A DNA stretch of 34,244 nucleotides from a virus (Duplodnaviria > Caudoviricetes). Numbering within the stretch: position 1 is the first letter of the stretch; every line of letters begins with the position of its first letter. This document shows, one piece after another, positions 30,224-34,244 of the stretch. The stretch covers positions 1 to 34,244 of IMG/VR virus record IMGVR_UViG_3300048597_000593; one strand, given 5' to 3'. Under the pieces are notes generated by a model, which saw only the letters and a program-made list of their open reading frames with translations, searched no databases and was not told where the DNA came from. A program made the translations under genes and the position numbers.

Positions 30224-30492
30224 GCTTCCTCCAGAAAAATTTTGACTAAGCGCCCATCTTGGATGGGGTGAATCTCCGCCACGGTGTAATTGTTGCCCCG
30301 AACAACCACGGCATCATTGGGCTGAATACCGGGAACATCAATTTTTTTAACCAAGGCAGAAATGGCCAATCCATTGGCGGCAATGGTCAGGGGGTCGTGC
30401 TGCTCATTGAAAATACAGGTGAGGGTCTGGCCATTCCAGTCAAAATCCTCACCGAAATCAGCAAAGAAAATCGTTAGATCGTCCTCAAACAT
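30220..30492 (-). CDS. Head-tail joining protein (lambda gpFII-like)
   Basis: MFEDDLTIFFADFGE...YTVAEIHPIQDGRLVKIFL; start trimmed to 30492. Confidence 0.7.
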   Translation of the reverse strand: MFEDDLTIFFADFGEDFDWNGQTLTCIFNEQHDPLTIAANGLAISALVKKIDVPGIQPNDAVVVRGNNYTVAEIHPIQDGRLVKIFLEEA

Positions 30493-30757
30493 TGGGTTTC
30501 CGGCCAGAAATTCCGAACGCCTGCAAAACTTCCCGGTCGAATTCGTCCTGCATGGCTTTGGCTTCAACCTCAACGGCGGGCTCGGCTTCCGGTTCCGCAG
30601 GAACTTCCACCAATTCCACATTGACCAGATGAACGTTCAACTCTGGGACAGACATAGGGGGCAAAATATCACCGACCTTGTACTCCACCCCCCGATGCCA
30701 ACAGCTATGTTTCGCCACCCGATAGGCGATCGCCGGCTCTGCTTTTTTCCTGGCCAT
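30485..30757 (-). CDS. Small head-associated hypothetical protein
   Basis: YRV...HRGVEYKVGD; overlaps neighbours in operon. Confidence 0.65.
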   Translation of the reverse strand: MARKKAEPAIAYRVAKHSCWHRGVEYKVGDILPPMSVPELNVHLVNVELVEVPAEPEAEPAVEVEAKAMQDEFDREVLQAFGISGRKPNV

Positions 30758-31179
30758 TACAGAGTCTCCGCAGTGATGTAGGTAATCAGCACATCCACGG
30801 TTTGGCCAGTACCCCCGATGGTCCCAGCGGCGGCCCCGTTGGTATCACAGGCAAACAAGCCAATTTCTTCGTCAGCAGTAACACTGGCGGCCGTATCCAA
30901 CAGAGTTTTGCTGACGTTGGTGGCGGCCAAGTTAGTGGACAGCCAATATTTGTCAGGGTCAGCGGTGGCAGTCAGGCGGCCAATGCCGAATTTGACAGCA
31001 GTGGTGGCAGAGATAGTTTGCGGATTTTTCACAGCCACACTGGCCACCACACTCCCAACGGGGATGGTGCCAATGCTGAAATTAGCAGCGGCGGTGGAAA
31101 TATCAACGGTCTTGGCGATCGTGCCGGTGGTTAAGCCCTGGGGCAAATAACTGACGTTGCGGTTGGCGGTTAAGGACAC
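30757..31179 (-). CDS. Putative capsid decoration/structural protein
   Basis: 140 aa A/T/G-rich beta protein; GGAG RBS, GTG start, late-promoter motif. Confidence 0.65.
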   Translation of the reverse strand: MSLTANRNVSYLPQGLTTGTIAKTVDISTAAANFSIGTIPVGSVVASVAVKNPQTISATTAVKFGIGRLTATADPDKYWLSTNLAATNVSKTLLDTAASVTADEEIGLFACDTNGAAAGTIGGTGQTVDVLITYITAETL

Positions 31180-31206
31180 TTTCTTCTCTCCAAAAAGTTT
31201 GTCCCC

Positions 31207-31223
31207 ATTGTCGATTTATACGG
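31207..31223 (-). promoter_or_regulatory. Putative late promoter CCGTATAAATCGACAAT
   Basis: 16/17 match to motif. Confidence 0.8.
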
Positions 31224-31237
31224 TGGGGGAATGGAGA

Positions 31238-31308
31238 TAAAATAATGAAGCCCCCGCAGTGCTGGTAACACTCGGAGGCATGGTCAACCTAGCTAACAGG
31301 TCAACATA
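31238..31308 (+). promoter_or_regulatory. -10 box plus two-hairpin leader
   Basis: TAAAAT 31238-43; GCCCCCG/CGGAGGC with inner AGTG-CTGGTAA-CACT; ACCT-N7-AGGT before ATG. Confidence 0.65.
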
Positions 31309-32643
31309 ATGAAGCGTAAGACAACAGAAGAATTTATTCAACAGGCGATCGGCGTACACAACGGCAAATACGACTATTCAAAAACTAAATACAGCAACAA
31401 TCAAACTCATGTAGAGGTTATCTGCCCAGATCACGGAAGTTTTTGGGTGACTCCTGCCAATCACTTAAAACGCATGAGGGGTAGGGGGTGCCCAAAGTGT
31501 GCGGGGAGACATAAAACAAATCAAGAATTTATATCTAAGTCAATCCTGATTCATGGCGACAAATACGATTACAGCAAAGCCAACTATGCCGGATCAGACT
31601 CAAAAATTGATATTATTTGTCGAACCCACGGAGTTTTTCAGCAAAGGCCTCACAGCCATTGGCGTGGTAGTGGATGCCCGAAATGCGCTGGAAGACATCA
31701 GACAACCGAATACTTCATTGAAGAGGCAAAACAAGTTCACGGGGACAGATACGACTACTCCGAATCGGTTTACCTGTCAGCCAAAGATAAGATAAAAATT
31801 ATTTGTCCGATTCATGGAATGTTTGAGCAACAACCCAACAATCACTTGATGGGGAAAGGGTGTAACCAATGCGGAATTGACAAAACAGCAAATACACACA
31901 GGAAAACTCAGGAAGAATTTATCAAAGAGGCAAGACGTGCTCATGGTGACAAATATGACTACTCTGAATCAGTTTATTTATCTTTGTTTAAAAAAATTAA
32001 AATTACCTGCCCAATTCATGGGCAATTTGAGCAAATACCCAGCAGTCACTTAAAGGGATGCGGATGCCAAAAATGCGGCTATGAGTCATTGTCGGCAACA
32101 AAAACAAAGACAACAGAACAATTCATTCAAGAAGCAAGACAAATCCACGGCGACAAATATGACTACTCAAACGTGAAATATGTTGATTCCCAATCAAAGA
32201 TAACTATTATCTGCCCAACCCATGGAATATTTAAACAGCAACCCAACAGCCATCTATCAGGATGTAGTTGCCCGAACTGCGCTGACTATGGATTTAATCC
32301 TGAAAAACCGTCCTTGATTTATCTACTAAAATTCCAAACCGACATTGCGACATTCTGGAAAATAGGCATTACCAACCGGACAATAGAAAAGCGGTTTACT
32401 ATAAACGATTTCAATTGCATCCGGCTTGGCTTTGTGTGGAAATGCAAAGGAAATCAAGCATACAAGATAGAGCAGTGCATATTAAAAACATACCGTCAAT
32501 ACCAATTAAGGTTTTTATTTCCATTAATTGAAGGCACAGGGAACACAGAATGCCTAGATTTGAATTTGCCATTCAAAAAAGTGGTTAAGGAAATTACCGA
32601 CAAAATAAAAAGCCCACCCAAGAAAATCAAAGGCGGGCTTTAG
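31309..32643 (+). CDS. Zn-ribbon-repeat (DUF723-like) protein with C-terminal GIY-YIG-like domain, probable homing endonuclease
   Basis: Five EFI...HGDKYDYS...ICP.HG.F.Q.P..H..G.GCxxC repeats; LIYLL...WKIGIT.R. Confidence 0.8.
   Translation: MKRKTTEEFIQQAIGVHNGKYDYSKTKYSNNQTHVEVICPDHGSFWVTPANHLKRMRGRGCPKCAGRHKTNQEFISKSILIHGDKYDYSKANYAGSDSKIDIICRTHGVFQQRPHSHWRGSGCPKCAGRHQTTEYFIEEAKQVHGDRYDYSESVYLSAKDKIKIICPIHGMFEQQPNNHLMGKGCNQCGIDKTANTHRKTQEEFIKEARRAHGDKYDYSESVYLSLFKKIKITCPIHGQFEQIPSSHLKGCGCQKCGYESLSATKTKTTEQFIQEARQIHGDKYDYSNVKYVDSQSKITIICPTHGIFKQQPNSHLSGCSCPNCADYGFNPEKPSLIYLLKFQTDIATFWKIGITNRTIEKRFTINDFNCIRLGFVWKCKGNQAYKIEQCILKTYRQYQLRFLFPLIEGTGNTECLDLNLPFKKVVKEITDKIKSPPKKIKGGL
32602..32640 (-). 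terminator. Possible terminator of capsid operon
   Basis: AAGCCC(A)CC...GG(C)GGGCTT stem then TTTTATTTT on - strand, just after the stop at 32645. Confidence 0.5.
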
Positions 32644-32644
32644 G

Positions 32645-32836
32645 CTATTCGGATTCAGTGGTCTTAGTTCTTCGTGGCTTGCTAACGGTAGCAGGCTTTT
32701 CTTCGACGGCTATTTCCTCCAGTTGGTGAAGATAACCTTGGGCTTCCTCTTCAGTCAGCTGCACGATCGCCCCCGGCTGAAGAGATGTGCCATTTTTCAA
32801 TAAGGGATAAAACCCCTGGCGAACTTTATAATACAT
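32645..32836 (-). CDS. Small protein downstream of capsid gene (63 aa)
   Basis: YKV...PGAIVQLTEEEA...L, charged tail; typical post-capsid small gene. Confidence 0.7.
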   Translation of the reverse strand: MYYKVRQGFYPLLKNGTSLQPGAIVQLTEEEAQGYLHQLEEIAVEEKPATVSKPRRTKTTESE

Positions 32837-32841
32837 AAAAA

Positions 32842-34191
32842 TTAAGTGGTGATCACGTCGGTTAACGCCGCAAAGGATTCATTGTGACGCAGTGCGATGT
32901 CCAGGGTTTTTATGGCACGGATTTCGATCCCCCCGTTCTCGTAGGTACGTCCGTACACGTTGGGCAAAATTTCTAATACGCCCCATTCCCCGACCACCAT
33001 CTGATCCCAGCATCCCAGGATAAGGGCAGACAATCCAGTACCATTGCCCTTGGTTAGGTTGGAGGGTACCTGATTACTCCAACCAGCTTCATAACCGAGC
33101 AGGTTAGCGGAATCTTTCAGAACAAAGTTGCCCTCTACACCAGAAGCCTGCATCGGGGTCAGCATCAGCTTAGCTTTGGTTTTGGGGTTGCCGAGCCACT
33201 TCATGGTAGAAATATCCGCATTGTCTACCTCGATTTCGGAACAGAGGTTAACCAAGTTGGCGTAGCTGGGGGCCGTACCATCAGCACTCAAGCCAGAGGA
33301 CAGAGTATTGATGGGATAATTGAGCACCCCACGGGGTTCGTTGTTGGCTCCACCACTGCCATAAATTGCCGCCCGGTCGATTCCAAGGGCAATTTGCTTA
33401 ACGAGGTCGTCCCTCACCAGAGCTTCTGCACTGACGCTGGATTGGAGTACGAGCTGTCGGCTCATGGACATCCGAGTAACAATATTTTTCGGAGTCAGGG
33501 AAATTTGCCCGAATGTAATGTCCGTTTCAGGTATCACGCCCCCCTCCCCGACCCAGTAGGTAGCCGCCACTCCGGTTTGCTTGGGAATTTCCACATTGCC
33601 TTGCAAGCCAGTCAGGAATCGAGCCCCCAAGCTAAAGACAACAGCCTTAGCCCTTAATGCTTCGATAAAGTCCTGGGAGCGGAGTTCGGTATCAACCAAC
33701 TGGCCACCATAGGCAGTGGCAGCGGTGTTGAGGGCATCCCGTTTTTGATTTCTGCCCACGGTGAGATGGCGGACGGGGATATACAAACCAGCGGTGGTTT
33801 TACCGATTTTGCGGCCAATCTCTTCGGATACTTCCCGCTCAAAACATTTCTGTTGATATTCAGGGAAGCCAGGGCAAATGGAGCGCAAAGCATTGAGCAA
33901 AGAATATTGCTTATCTTCCCTTTCGCCAAAGCCAGAAATATTGGCATCGCCTAGGGGGGCACCCAGGGGAACAGGATTATAATTGCGCTCAATTTTATCC
34001 AGAACGATGGAGCGGGCTTCATCAATGCTGGTGCCTTTTTCAATTAATTCATCCCCCAAGGAGGCTAAATTGTGCTTTTTGCAAAGGGCGGCGATGCCCC
34101 GGATGCGGTCAGATTCTTGTTGACGGAGCTTGGCCCGTTCTGCCTCCACGTCAAACTGAATTACCTTTTCCTCGTTGTTTTCGGTTCCCAT
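32842..34191 (-). CDS. Major capsid protein, HK97 family
   Basis: GGQLVDTE, IPKQTG...YWVGEG, ALGIDRAAIYGSG...EPRGVLN, DIALRHNESFA. Confidence 0.95.
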   Translation of the reverse strand: MGTENNEEKVIQFDVEAERAKLRQQESDRIRGIAALCKKHNLASLGDELIEKGTSIDEARSIVLDKIERNYNPVPLGAPLGDANISGFGEREDKQYSLLNALRSICPGFPEYQQKCFEREVSEEIGRKIGKTTAGLYIPVRHLTVGRNQKRDALNTAATAYGGQLVDTELRSQDFIEALRAKAVVFSLGARFLTGLQGNVEIPKQTGVAATYWVGEGGVIPETDITFGQISLTPKNIVTRMSMSRQLVLQSSVSAEALVRDDLVKQIALGIDRAAIYGSGGANNEPRGVLNYPINTLSSGLSADGTAPSYANLVNLCSEIEVDNADISTMKWLGNPKTKAKLMLTPMQASGVEGNFVLKDSANLLGYEAGWSNQVPSNLTKGNGTGLSALILGCWDQMVVGEWGVLEILPNVYGRTYENGGIEIRAIKTLDIALRHNESFAALTDVITT

Positions 34192-34222
34192 GGCTTCCCC
34201 TATAGGTTCGTTGTTGGTCTCA

Positions 34223-34239
34223 ATTGTGGATTTATACGG
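34223..34239 (-). promoter_or_regulatory. Putative late promoter CCGTATAAATCCACAAT
   Basis: Exact motif copy upstream of capsid ATG. Confidence 0.8.
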
Positions 34240-34244
34240 TGGAG

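Larger units (their letters stand above)
1..34244. mobile_element. Temperate cyanophage (siphovirus-like) genome segment, attP configuration
   Basis: Integrase, CI/Cro switch, tRNA-derived att core, capsid, tail tube, tape measure and tail-tip genes; no recognisable host housekeeping genes; frequent HIP1 GGCGATCGCC. Confidence 0.95.

Noticed and set aside
30259-31150. + strand ORFs across head-tail genes
   Set aside because: Antisense shadows of a tightly coupled - strand operon
31309-32290. CRISPR-like or non-coding DNA repeat array
   Set aside because: Repeats are in-frame, degenerate protein-domain repeats of about 190 bp without spacers

Overview
The whole window is part of a temperate, long-tailed (siphovirus-like) phage of a cyanobacterium; the HIP1 decamer GGCGATCGCC recurs about 20 times. 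Left to right: leftward early genes (HTH regulators, PD-(D/E)XK nuclease, ParB-adenine methyltransferase fusion); a Cro/CI-type divergent switch with a palindromic operator; two membrane accessory genes; a tyrosine integrase; and an att core matching the 3' half of tRNA-Thr(TGT), with phage DNA on both sides (attP-like). Next is a + strand tail-tip operon (second tail-tube paralog, GTA-type tail protein, putative receptor-binding genes). It converges on the main - strand morphogenesis region: HK97-type capsid, head-tail genes, two-domain lysin, tail terminator, tail tube, frameshift-type chaperones, a 3746-aa tape measure protein, and DUF2163 and DUF2460 tip proteins. Antisense inserts include a BRO-type antirepressor, a NUMOD4-HNH gene and a Zn-ribbon-repeat GIY-YIG-like gene. 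Most notable: (1) the tape measure protein carries two ADP-ribosyltransferase-like domains of different clades plus M23 and SLT domains; (2) a 17-bp TATAAAT-core motif (CCGTATAAATCCACAAT) sits about 40-50 nt ahead of late genes on both strands; (3) two unrelated antisense inserts share a covarying two-hairpin 5' leader that would bury the ribosome-binding site. All family names come from motif recognition by eye, not database searches.
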